Of a stretch of DNA of 64,000 nucleotides, positions 9,864-19,592 are shown one piece after another (position 1 is the first letter of the stretch; each line of letters opens with the position of its first letter). The stretch is from an uncultured Gemmatimonadales bacterium (GTDB lineage: Bacteria; Gemmatimonadota; Gemmatimonadetes; Gemmatimonadales; GWC2-71-9): NCBI GenBank assembly GCA_963771275.1, contig CAVYSW010000003.1, positions 960,001 through 1,024,000 on the forward strand. Direction: 5' to 3'. The notes beneath the pieces are model-generated. The model was given only the letters and a program-made list of their open reading frames with translations. It was not told the DNA's origin and did not search any database. A program made the position numbers and the translations under genes.

Positions 9864-10250
9864 ATGGTCCTGATCATGTGGGGTGCGGCGATACTCGCCG
9901 CCGCGGTGCACGTCCTGATCTTCTGCATGGAGAGCCTCTGGTGGGGGCGTCCAAGCATCCGGCAGCGCTTTCGCCAGACGGCCGCCGAGGCCGAGACCAA
10001 CCGGCTCTTCGCCTTCAACCAGGGGTTCTACAATCTCTTCCTGGCAATCGGGATCGCCGCGGGGCTGGCGCTCACGCTCCGCGGGCATGACGCTGTCGGG
10101 ATCGCGCTGGTGAGCTGGAACTGCCTATCCATGCTCGGCGCGGCGGTGGTGCTCGCGGCCTCGGCGCGCCGCATGCTGGCGGCTGCCCTGCTGCAAGGTG
10201 CGGCGCCCCTGGTATACCTGCTGGCGCTCGCGATCCGCGCCATCGCGTAG
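9864..10250 (+). CDS. DUF1304-family membrane protein
   Basis: HVLIFCMES and FNQGFYNLFLA motifs; four hydrophobic segments. Confidence 0.8.
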   Translation: MVLIMWGAAILAAAVHVLIFCMESLWWGRPSIRQRFRQTAAEAETNRLFAFNQGFYNLFLAIGIAAGLALTLRGHDAVGIALVSWNCLSMLGAAVVLAASARRMLAAALLQGAAPLVYLLALAIRAIA

Positions 10251-10284
10251 CAGCCGTCGATGCGCAAAGGCCGTGCGGGATCCC

Positions 10285-10672
10285 GGGCTACGTGAAGACC
10301 CTGGATCGGGTGGAGCAGACGCTGCGCTGCTTCGGGCAGCATCTGGAGCCTCGTGGCGTCGTGCTCGTCGAGCCGTGGTTTCCGCCGGGCAAGATGCGCA
10401 CCGGGACGCATTCAGAGCGCACCGGGGAGGGCCCGGGCGTGCGGGTGCGCCGCGTCGGCACGACGGAGGTGGACGGCCGCCTCTCGCGGCTCACGTTCGA
10501 GTACACCATCGAGACCGCCGACGGCACGCGCCACGCGACGGAGGTTCACGAGCTGGGCCTGTTTACGGTAGACGAGATGCTCGCGGCATTCGCCGCAGCA
10601 GGCCTGTCCGCCGAGTACCGCCCTGAAGCCCTCGCGGACCGGGGCCTGTACGTCGCGCGGATTGCCGTCTGA
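10285..10672 (+). pseudogene. C-terminal half of a class I SAM-dependent methyltransferase
   Basis: GYVKTLDRV...HLEPRGVVLVEPWFPP...HELGLFT...RGLYVA; the SAM-binding N-terminus is absent. Confidence 0.7.
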
Positions 10673-10749
10673 GGGGCGCGCATCGCGTCCCGGTTGACGA
10701 CGAGCCCGGAGCGAGGTAGAACCAGGGTGTCATTGGGGTCGAAGGGCTC

Positions 10750-11340
10750 GTGTCCACCAACGCCGCATACCTGCTTGCCGTCCCCGGGTTTGCCGACTGG
10801 GAGCCCGCGCATGCCCTCGCGGAGCTACGTCGCTCGGGGGGATACCGCGTGGAAGTCGTCGGTCTCGGTCGTGACCCGGTGGAGTCGATGGGCGGCCTGT
10901 CCGTCCGGCCGACCCGTTCGCTCGGCGACGTCGATCCGGCGGACGTGGCCGTCTTCATCCTGCCGGGAGGCGACTGGTGGGAGGCGACCCCGCCCGGGCG
11001 GGATCTGGTCACGCTGCTCGAGGCACTCGACGAAACCGGCGTTCCGATCGCCGCGATTTGCGGCGCGACGGTCGGCATCGCGCGGGCCGGTCTCCTGCGC
11101 GGCCGCCGGCACACCTCCAACGGGCTCGCGTACCTCAAGGAGCAGGTCCCGGGATACCGCGAGGGCGAGAACTACGTCGACCGGCCCGCGGTCCGGGACC
11201 GCCACCTGATCACCGCCAGCGGGCTCGCGGACGTGGAGTTCGCGGCCGAGATCTTCGCCGAGCTCGGTGTCCTCACCGAGGCCGATCGCGTCCTGTGGGT
11301 GCGGTACTTCCGCGAGGGTCGGGTGGGCGGCGCCGCGTGA
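10750..11340 (+). CDS. DJ-1/PfpI family protein
   Basis: FADWE, SMGGL, ILPGGD, AAICGAT (catalytic Cys), HTSN, LITASG. Confidence 0.88.
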   Translation: MSTNAAYLLAVPGFADWEPAHALAELRRSGGYRVEVVGLGRDPVESMGGLSVRPTRSLGDVDPADVAVFILPGGDWWEATPPGRDLVTLLEALDETGVPIAAICGATVGIARAGLLRGRRHTSNGLAYLKEQVPGYREGENYVDRPAVRDRHLITASGLADVEFAAEIFAELGVLTEADRVLWVRYFREGRVGGAA

Positions 11341-11786
11341 CGGCACACACGGGGCTTGAAGCGAGGCGCCGGTCCAGGCAGGTATCCTCCCATGATGACG
11401 GTCGTCGCCGGCGGGTTTCGCAAACCGAGATCGGGCAGGTGCGCCTGGAGATTGCGGGAGGGCGCTACACCCTGAGAGGTTCGAGCTGGAGCCCGCCCCC
11501 TGATGGGCGGGCGGACCGGCGGGCCGCCATCGCCTTCGCCCTTCTCGGGACCTTCTCTGCCGGCTGCCATCGCCCCCGGGACCGCGCTCGGACTCGGCGG
11601 GCGTCAGCTATCGCCTGCCCGGTGGCTTCGTCGAGCGCAGCGATCCGAGCCTGCCGTACCGCCGGTGGAGCTTGGAGGGTCCGTCCTCAGGGGACGTCTC
11701 GAATCGGGCGGGGCCGACCGCCTTGCCAGCGGCCCAGTTGTGGCATAGGATCGTCTCCGATCCCAGCGCCTCCCCGGGTCCTCGGA

Positions 11787-12344
11787 ATGTCGACGATCAA
11801 CGAATTGGTCACCGCCGCCGACAGCGGCGACGGTGCCGCGGCAAGGGAGCTGTTCGCCACGCTCTACCAGGAGCTGCACACCCTGGCGGAGCACCATGTG
11901 CGACGCGGGGGGGCGCAGCTTACGATCAGCACCACGACCCTGCTGCACGAGGCCTACCTCCGACTGTCGGAGCGGGATGGTGCCCGCTTCCCCGATCGAC
12001 ACCGGTTCCTCGCGTACGCCTCCAAGGCCATGCGCGGGCTGGTCATCGATTACGCCAGGGCCCGTCGCGCGCAGAAGCGGGGCGGCGGCGTCGAGATCAC
12101 CCGGCTCGAGGACGAGGAGGGTCCGGGCAGTCCCGCTCCCGACGAGAGCCTGGAGCGCCTGGGCCACGCCATGGAGCGCCTGACGGACCTTGACAGCGCG
12201 CTGGCGCAGCTCGTGGACCTGCACTTCTTCGCCGGGTTCTCATTGGTCGAAATCGCCGCGCTTCAAGGATCGTCCGAGCGAACCGTGCAGCGTGACTGGA
12301 AGAAGGCCCGCGTGCTGCTGCAGCGACTCGTGGAAGACGCGTGA
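11787..12344 (+). CDS. ECF-type sigma factor of the kinase-associated group (TIGR02999-like)
   Basis: LFATLYQELHTLA...TTTLLHEAYLRL...AMRGLVIDYARARRAQKRGGG...LHFFAGFS...SERTVQRDWKKAR. Confidence 0.9.
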   Translation: MSTINELVTAADSGDGAAARELFATLYQELHTLAEHHVRRGGAQLTISTTTLLHEAYLRLSERDGARFPDRHRFLAYASKAMRGLVIDYARARRAQKRGGGVEITRLEDEEGPGSPAPDESLERLGHAMERLTDLDSALAQLVDLHFFAGFSLVEIAALQGSSERTVQRDWKKARVLLQRLVEDA

Positions 12345-12367
12345 GCGACGGTGGTCTGGTCGTCCCG

Positions 12368-12398
12368 TGGCGGGGTCGCGCCCGGGATTGCGATTGAC
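12368..12398 (+). promoter_or_regulatory. Putative ECF promoter, copy 1 (upstream of the kinase)
   Basis: TGGCGGG-N11-GATTGCGATTGA; aligns without gaps to the copy at 15194. Confidence 0.6.
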
Positions 12399-12424
12399 AC
12401 GATAGACACACGCCCGGGGGAGGC

Positions 12425-15164
12425 ATGGCGGGACTTTCCAAGGAGCTCTGGGCCGTCGTCGGTCCGCTGCTCGATCAGGCGCTCGACCTGGGTCCCGAGG
12501 AGCGGGAGCGGCTCCTGGTCGGACTGCGGGCGGAATCCCCCGTGGTGGCCGCGGAGCTCGAGGCCCTGCTCGCCGCCGAGGCGACCCCGGTGCCCGGCCT
12601 GCTCGGTGAATCCCCCGCGCCCGAGCTCCGGGGGCGCGGCCTGGCGGGCCAGTCCGTCGGCCGATACACGCTCGACCGGCCGCTCGGGCAGGGTGGCATG
12701 GCGACGGTCTGGCTCGCGCACCGCGCCGATGGACGGTTCGAAGGCCAGGTGGCCGTGAAGCTCCTGAACCTGGCGCTCGTGGGCCGCGCCGGCGAAGAGC
12801 GGTTCGCCCAGGAGGGCAACCTCCTGGCCCGGCTCACGCATCCCCACATCGCCCGGCTGCTGGACGCGGGGGTCACCACCGCCGGCCAACCGTTTCTGGT
12901 CCTCGAGCACATCGTCGGAGAGCGCATCGACCGCTTCGCGGACGAGCGCCGTTACGGCCCACACCAGCGCATCGCCCTCTGCCTCGACGTGCTCGACGCG
13001 CTGGCCGCGGCGCACGCCAACCTGATCATCCATCGGGACATCAAGCCGTCGAACATCCTGGTCACGAACGACGGCGCCGTGAAGCTGCTCGACTTCGGGA
13101 TTGCGAAGATGCTGCTCGACGGCGGGGCCAGTGCCGGCCCTGCCACGTTGACCGATCATGGCGGCCGCGCGCTCACGCCGGAATACGCCGCGCCGGAGCT
13201 GACCATCGGCGAGCCGGTGTCGGCGGCGACGGACGTGTACTCGACGGCCGTCCTGCTGTACATCCTGCTGAGCGGACGCCATCCCACGGGCGAGGACTGT
13301 CAGACCCCGGCGGACCACCTGCGCTCCGTGCTCGATGTCGAGCCGCCGCGGCTGAGCGATGCCGTGATGGCGGGGCCCCGGCCGGAGGTCGAGCGGCGGG
13401 CGGCCGCGCGTGGTGCTACGCCCGAGCGGCTGCGCCGGGTCTACGCCGGGGACCTCGACAACATCCTGGCCAAGGCGCTCAGGAAACGGCCTGCCGACCG
13501 CTACCAGACCGTCGCCGCGTTCGCGGACGACCTGACCCGCTTCCGCGACCACCAGCCGGTCAGCGCCCGCCCCGACGCGTGGGCGTACCGCGCGCGGAAG
13601 TTCCTCCGCCGCCATCGCGGGAGCCTCGCCGCGGCCACGCTGGTCGGCGCGACGCTGATCGGCGCCACCGGATTCTCGCTGCGACAGATGGTGGTCGCCC
13701 GGCGGGAGCGCGACCACGCGGCCGACGCCCTGCGGCGCTCCAAGGCCACCACCGCCTTCGAGGCCCTGCTGTTCCGGCTGATCGAGCCCGGCGGCCAGGC
13801 GCTCACCTACCGGCAGCTGCTCGACCGGGGACGGGAGGTGCTCGATCACCGGTTCCGGAGCGATCCCGTCGGCAGCATGCAGCTGGGGATCCAGTTCGCC
13901 CAGAACTACCTGCGGGAAGGGGACGTCGCCGCCGCCGACACGATCATCCGGCGCGCGGTCGCGATCGCCGACTCGATTGACGAGGCGGCCTGGCGTGCCC
14001 GGACGCGCTGCGAGCTGGCCTTCGTCCAGGCGAATCAGCACCTGGGCGACTCGGCGCGGGCGCTGGTCCGCGAGGCGCGTGGCTTCCTCGCCCGAGTCGA
14101 TGACCCGGAGGTGGGCACGCTGAACGCCTGCGACGGCGGCGAGGCGAACGCCTTGCTGGAGCTCGGCAAACCCGACTCGGCCGCGATCTACTTCGGGGCG
14201 GTCGCCGATCGCTTCGCACAGTCGGAGGATTCGACCTCGGACGACTACCTCTACGCCCTCAACGACCACGCCCGGGCCTTGTTCGCGAGCCGCCAGATGC
14301 GCGCGGCCCGGGACGCGGTCCTCCGGATCGTGGCGGCCAGCCAGGTGGGCGCCCTGGCCGATCCGCAGGCGCGGCCGGTCATGATCCACAACGCGGCCAT
14401 GGCGTTCGAGGGGCTGGGCGAGGTGCATGGCGAGCAGGGCTTCCTACAGAAGGAGATCGGCTTCGCGGGCGGCCTCGACACCGCGAGTGCAGCCTACTCG
14501 CTGGTCGCCTTCCTCTACGGCATGGCGCTGGACCAGCTGGAGCAGCCCGATTCGGCGCGAGCCTGGCTGAGGCGCGCGCTGGACCGGCCGGATCCGCTGG
14601 GGCCGGCACGGGTGTACACCGTGGATCTCACCCTCGCACGGCTCGCGCGCCACGCCGGGCACGCGGCCGAGGCCGACCAGCACGAGCGGGACGCCGCGCC
14701 GCTCGCCATCGCCGCGCGGTCCAGCAAGATGGCGCTGGCGATTGCAGCGGCGTATCGCATCGACGCCGCGCGCGAGCGTGCCGATGACCGCACCCGGATG
14801 CTCGCGACGGTCAAGCGGGAGCTCGACTCATTGCGCTATGAGCCGACGGCCATGTCGAGCACCCTGGTGGCTCCGCTGACCGCGGCCGCCGCCGCCCTGG
14901 TCGATGTCGGCGCCTTCGCGGAGGCGGCCGAGTACGCGGCGCACGTGGTCCGCATCGGCGGCGTGGATTCGCTCGCCCTGGAGCGGAGCGCGACTCGTCG
15001 GTCGCGGCCTGCTGCTCGGCGCCCGGGCCGAGGCCGGACGCGGCGACCGCGCCCGGGCAGCCGACCTGGCCCGGCGCGCCGTGGCACCGCTCGCGTTCGG
15101 CCTGGGACCCCGCCACCCCCTGTCCCTCCAAGCCGTGGCGTTGCGGGACTCGCTGGCCCGCTGA
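12425..15164 (+). CDS. Membrane Ser/Thr protein kinase with a TPR-like C-terminal region; probable +1 frameshift near 14993
   Basis: LGQGGMATV, VAVK, HRDIKPSN, DFGIAK, TPEYAAPE, TM helix and helical repeats. The natural-looking C-terminus (LVGRGLLLGARA...LGPRHPLSLQAVALRDSLAR) is in the frame ending at 15164, not 15223. Confidence 0.85.
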
Positions 15165-15193
15165 CCCCCCCCACCCCCCCGGGCACACCCGGG

Positions 15194-15224
15194 TGTCGGG
15201 TTTGGGACCCCGATTCCGATTGAT
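15194..15224 (+). promoter_or_regulatory. Putative ECF promoter, copy 2 (upstream of the peroxidase)
   Basis: TGTCGGG-N11-GATTCCGATTGA. Confidence 0.6.
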
Positions 15225-15268
15225 GGATTGCGCGCCCCCCATGCGGCGCGATCCCCGGAGGAGGGACC

Positions 15269-16657
15269 ATGAAGCCACCGTTCTCGTGGGCAGGCGCCGC
15301 CTGCCTCACCGTCGCCGCGCTGGCCATCACCGCGTGCGACGCCGACCAGCCTGCGGCCCCGATGTCTGCTGCCCCCAGCACTCACCGTGGGGCGCCCCTG
15401 CCCCCCGAGCTCATCGCCGCCGTTCGGCAGCTCGCCGCCGGACGGGGTGTCGGTCCACTCGAGCGTCCCGGGCCGGTCCGCCCCGCGCTGGTCCGCCTCG
15501 GCCAGATGCTCGTGTTCGACAAGGTCCTGAGCGGCAATCGCGACATCGCGTGCATGACCTGCCACCTGCCGCCGTTCGCCACCGGTGACGGCCGGAGCCT
15601 CTCGATCGGGCAGGGCGCCACGGGCCTCGGTCCCCAGCGCGTGCACCCGAAGGGCGCGTTCATTCCACGCAACGCCCCCTCCCTGTTCAACCTGACCGCC
15701 TTCAGGTCGCTGTTCTGGGATGGGCGCGTCGCGGTCGACTCGTCCGGCGCGTTCCATACGCCCGCGGGTGACCAGGTCACGCCGGCGATGACCGCGGTGT
15801 TCGAGTTCGGCCCGGTGTCAGCGCTCGGCCTATTCCCGGTCACCTCGCGGGAAGAGATGCGCGGGGCCAACGGTAACGAGCTGGCGGCCATCCCCGACGA
15901 CGCGCCCGCGGCCATCTGGCAGGCGCTGATGGCGCGGCTGGGGCGGATTCCGGAGTACCGGCGCCTGTTCGAGGCCGCCTATCCCGGAACCCGGTTCAGC
16001 CGCATGACGTTCGCCCACGCGTCGAACGCCATGGCCGCGTTTCTCGTGAGCCGGCTCTCGTTCACCAACAGCCCGTGGGATCGGTTTCTCGCCGGAGACG
16101 ACCGGGCGCTGAACCTGGCGCAGCTCACCGGCGCCAGCACGTTCATGTCGATTCGGTGCTCGCTGTGCCACAACGGTGCGGCGTTCACCGACAACCAGTT
16201 CCATAACGTGGCGCTGGCGCAGTTCGGACCGGGGGAGGGAGACGGTCCGGACGGCTCCGACGATTTCGGACGGATGCGGGTGACCGGGCTCGAGAGTGAC
16301 CGCTATCGGTTTCGGACGACGCCGCTCCGGAACGTCGAGCTGACCGGCCCCTACGGCCACGACGGCGCGTTCGCGAACCTGCGCGAGTTCATCGCCCACT
16401 ACAGCGAGTCGGACGTGAAGCTCCGGACGTTCGATCCTTCGACGCTCGAAGCGCTGCTTCAGCCCACGCTGCTCCCGAGCGCCGAGGCGATCCTGGCCAC
16501 GCGCGACACGATCATCAACGGCGTGGTGCTGCCGGACACGACGGTGGACCAGCTGACCACCTTCATGGGCGCGCTGACGGACCCCGCGGCGCGCCATCTC
16601 GACCGGCTCATCCCCATCAGGGTCCCGAGCGGGATCCCGGTCGACGGCAGGCGCTAG
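15269..16657 (+). CDS. Di-heme cytochrome c peroxidase / MauG-family lipoprotein
   Basis: Lipobox-like ITAC, LSGNRDIACMTCH, PRNAPSLFN, LFWDGR, CSLCHNG, FRTTPLRNVELTGPYGHDG. Confidence 0.9.
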   Translation: MKPPFSWAGAACLTVAALAITACDADQPAAPMSAAPSTHRGAPLPPELIAAVRQLAAGRGVGPLERPGPVRPALVRLGQMLVFDKVLSGNRDIACMTCHLPPFATGDGRSLSIGQGATGLGPQRVHPKGAFIPRNAPSLFNLTAFRSLFWDGRVAVDSSGAFHTPAGDQVTPAMTAVFEFGPVSALGLFPVTSREEMRGANGNELAAIPDDAPAAIWQALMARLGRIPEYRRLFEAAYPGTRFSRMTFAHASNAMAAFLVSRLSFTNSPWDRFLAGDDRALNLAQLTGASTFMSIRCSLCHNGAAFTDNQFHNVALAQFGPGEGDGPDGSDDFGRMRVTGLESDRYRFRTTPLRNVELTGPYGHDGAFANLREFIAHYSESDVKLRTFDPSTLEALLQPTLLPSAEAILATRDTIINGVVLPDTTVDQLTTFMGALTDPAARHLDRLIPIRVPSGIPVDGRR

Positions 16658-16840
16658 GGCCCAGTCGGCGTTGCGCGGGGACGCTCGAGGGAGGGGCGGG
16701 TGCCACTCCCTCGGGCGAGGCCGTGTGCCTTGCCTGCTGCCGGGCCCCGGATAGCGCGAGGCCGTATTTGCGATAAGTTTTATCCGGTATGGTCGCGCGC
16801 GTCACGCCTCGGAGTCTGCGGACCGATCCCGGGAAGGTCG

Positions 16841-17239
16841 ATGGCAGCCACCCACGTTGAGATCGCCGAAGCCAGCTATCACCGGTGCGCGGACAATCCG
16901 GCGTTCTACGCCGCGCTCTATGAACGCCTGCTGGCCAGTGACGCGCGGATCCCCCCGATGTTCGCGAACACCCGGTTCGAGCGGCAGCACAAGCTGCTCA
17001 AGCACAGCCTCGGTATGCTGATCATCTACGCGAAGCGGCCGAACCCGGCGCTGCTCGAGCGGATTGCGGTGCGGCACTCCCGGGCCGACGTGGGTGTGCC
17101 GCCCGACCTCTATCCGTGCTTCGTCGAAAGTCTCGTGCACGCCGTGGCGGAGCACGACCCCGAGTACGGACCGCTCGTCGACACCGCCTGGCGGCAGGTC
17201 GTGATCCCGGGGATCGAATACCTGCAGTCCAAGTACTAG
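16841..17239 (+). CDS. Single-domain globin
   Basis: FYAALYERLL...PMFANTRFERQHKLL...RIAVRHS...LYPCFVESLV...AW; globin pattern with a proximal His. Confidence 0.8.
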   Translation: MAATHVEIAEASYHRCADNPAFYAALYERLLASDARIPPMFANTRFERQHKLLKHSLGMLIIYAKRPNPALLERIAVRHSRADVGVPPDLYPCFVESLVHAVAEHDPEYGPLVDTAWRQVVIPGIEYLQSKY

Positions 17240-17250
17240 GACGCCACGCG

Positions 17251-19566
17251 ATGCCGACCGGCGGAGTCCGTTGCAGCCAGTGCGGCGCCCAGATCACGGC
17301 GGGCGCGCGCTTCTGCATGCGGTGCGGCGCCGACGTCTCCGGCGAGCAGACGCGGGTGGCCACCCGCACGACGGTCCGGCCGGAGCCCGAGTCCACAGCG
17401 ACGCAGCCGCCGCGGACGGACCTGATGGAGACGCTCCGCGAGGTCACCCTGGGCGACTACGAAGTGCTGGCCGAGCTGGGGCGCGGCGGCATGGCCACGG
17501 TCTATCTGGCGCACGACCTCCAGCTCGATCGCAAGGTCGCCATCAAGGTCATGAGCCCCCACCTCGTGTTCGGGGAAGGGATGGTCGAGCGGTTCAAGCT
17601 GGAGGCCCGCACGGCCGCCGGGCTCTCCCACCCGCACATCATCCCGATCTACGCGGTCAAGGAGGTCGGCGACCTCTTCTTTTTCGTCATGAAGTTCATC
17701 GAGGGTTGCGCCCTCGACTCGATCCTCCGGCAGGCGGCGCCGCTGCCCGTTCCGATGGTGCGGACCATCGTGTCGAAGACCGGCGAGGCGCTCGGCTATG
17801 CCCATCGCCGTGGGATCATCCACCGGGACGTCAAGCCCGCGAACATCATGATCGACATCGAGGGGATGCCGATCGTGATGGACTTCGGCATCGCCAAGGT
17901 GTCCGACAAGCAAGGCCTCACGATGACCGGGACCACGATGGGGACCCCGACGTACATGAGTCCCGAACAGTGCAACGCGGATCCCGTCACGGGGGCGTCC
18001 GACCAGTACTCCCTCGGCGCGATGGCGTACGAAATGCTCACCGGCCGGCCGCCGTACGACGGCGACAGCGTCATGAACATCATGTTCAAGCACTGTCATG
18101 CTCCGGTGCCGGAGCCCGAGTCGTTGGGGCCTGACGTGCCGCTCGAGCTCGCCAGAGTGATCGTCCGAATGCTCGCCAAGGATCCGCGCGAGCGGTGGCC
18201 CACGATCGAGGACGCGCTCCCGCTGATCGGCGGCTCGTCCCTCGCATACGACGATGTCGTGCGCGGGCAGATGATCGCGTTCGCCCTGGCGGGCGCAAAC
18301 CGGCAGATCCTGGCCCGTGTCAGCACCCCCGTGAGTCCAATGCCCATCGGGCAGCGGCTGGCGGGACAGCAGGTGGCCGCCGTGCGGCCCGTGTCGGGCC
18401 CCAGAAGCCCGGTGGGGGCCGAGACCACCGTGCGACGCGGACGCCCCAGGCGTTCGCGCGCCGGGGTGCTTGTCGGAGTCGCAGCCACGCTCGTGGTGCT
18501 CGCCGCCGCCGCCCTCGCGCTCACGCAGCCGTGGCGCGGACGGCCCGGCACCGCGGTGCGGCAGGCCCCGCCGACGGACGCGGCTCCGGTGGACTCCGCG
18601 CCGACGGCCCCGGTCGCGGTCGCCGAGCCCGTCATTCCGGACTCGATCCCCCGACCAGCCGTCCAGGAACAGGCGCCACCGCCCGCACCTGCCCCCGTCG
18701 TGCGCGAAGTGCGCATCCTCGGGGCGCCTGCGACGCTCCCGATGGGCGATACGGTCGTCCTCCAGGCCTTGGTGCTCGATCAGCAGGGGCGCCTGCTGGG
18801 GCGGCGGCCCCGATGGTCCTCCAGCAACCCGGCGGTCGCCGAGGTGGGAGGGGACGGGCGCCTCCGGGCGCTGACGCCGGGGCGCGTGACCATCATTGCG
18901 GAAGCCGATGGTCGTCGCGCGCAAGCTGACCTCACGGTCACCGCGATCGTCGCCGGGGTCGACGTCGCGCCCGCAACGGCCGCCCTCCAGGTCGGTCAGG
19001 CGCTTGTTCTGGCCGGGACCGCCCACGGGCCGGACGGCCGCGCCCTCCCGGATCGCCCAATCACCTGGCAATCCTCGAATGAGGCCGTGGTGGTCGTGTC
19101 GACCACCGGGCGGGTGACCGCGGTGGGGCCGGGCACGGCGGTCGTGAGCGCCGCCAGCGCGGGTCAGGTGGGGAGCGCCGCGATCACCGTGGCCGCGCTG
19201 AGCGCCGCCCGGCCGGAGACGCTGCCCGCGCCGGCTGCGCCGCCGGTCGTCGCGGAAGATCCCGGCGTCGCGATCGGCGGGGTCGTGCAAGCCTACGCGC
19301 AGGCGCTCCAGGCAAAGGACATGGCGCGCGTTCGGACGCTCTATCCCGCGATCTCGTCAGCGACCGAGCAGCAGACCCGCGAGGCGCTTCAGGCGATGGA
19401 GGGGCTCCAGGTGAGCCTCGCCGCCGCGAACATCGTGGTGGACGGCACCAGCGCCCGCGCCCGGGTGACCGGGGCGTGGGTGTACCGGGGCGGTCGGCTC
19501 GACGTCAACAACACCTACACGTTCGAGCGCCGCTCGGACCGATGGGTGATCGTCGGGATCAACTAG
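17251..19566 (+). CDS. Ser/Thr kinase with N-terminal zinc ribbon, TM helix, two Ig-like (Big_2) domains and an NTF2-like tail
   Basis: CSQC...CMRC, LGRGGMATV, HRDVKPAN, DFGIAK, GTPTYMSPE; WSSSNPAVAEV and WQSSNEAVVVV Big_2 repeats. Confidence 0.88.
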   Translation: MPTGGVRCSQCGAQITAGARFCMRCGADVSGEQTRVATRTTVRPEPESTATQPPRTDLMETLREVTLGDYEVLAELGRGGMATVYLAHDLQLDRKVAIKVMSPHLVFGEGMVERFKLEARTAAGLSHPHIIPIYAVKEVGDLFFFVMKFIEGCALDSILRQAAPLPVPMVRTIVSKTGEALGYAHRRGIIHRDVKPANIMIDIEGMPIVMDFGIAKVSDKQGLTMTGTTMGTPTYMSPEQCNADPVTGASDQYSLGAMAYEMLTGRPPYDGDSVMNIMFKHCHAPVPEPESLGPDVPLELARVIVRMLAKDPRERWPTIEDALPLIGGSSLAYDDVVRGQMIAFALAGANRQILARVSTPVSPMPIGQRLAGQQVAAVRPVSGPRSPVGAETTVRRGRPRRSRAGVLVGVAATLVVLAAAALALTQPWRGRPGTAVRQAPPTDAAPVDSAPTAPVAVAEPVIPDSIPRPAVQEQAPPPAPAPVVREVRILGAPATLPMGDTVVLQALVLDQQGRLLGRRPRWSSSNPAVAEVGGDGRLRALTPGRVTIIAEADGRRAQADLTVTAIVAGVDVAPATAALQVGQALVLAGTAHGPDGRALPDRPITWQSSNEAVVVVSTTGRVTAVGPGTAVVSAASAGQVGSAAITVAALSAARPETLPAPAAPPVVAEDPGVAIGGVVQAYAQALQAKDMARVRTLYPAISSATEQQTREALQAMEGLQVSLAAANIVVDGTSARARVTGAWVYRGGRLDVNNTYTFERRSDRWVIVGIN

Positions 19567-19592
19567 GGCGGAGCCGCGGCAACCCGCCGTCC

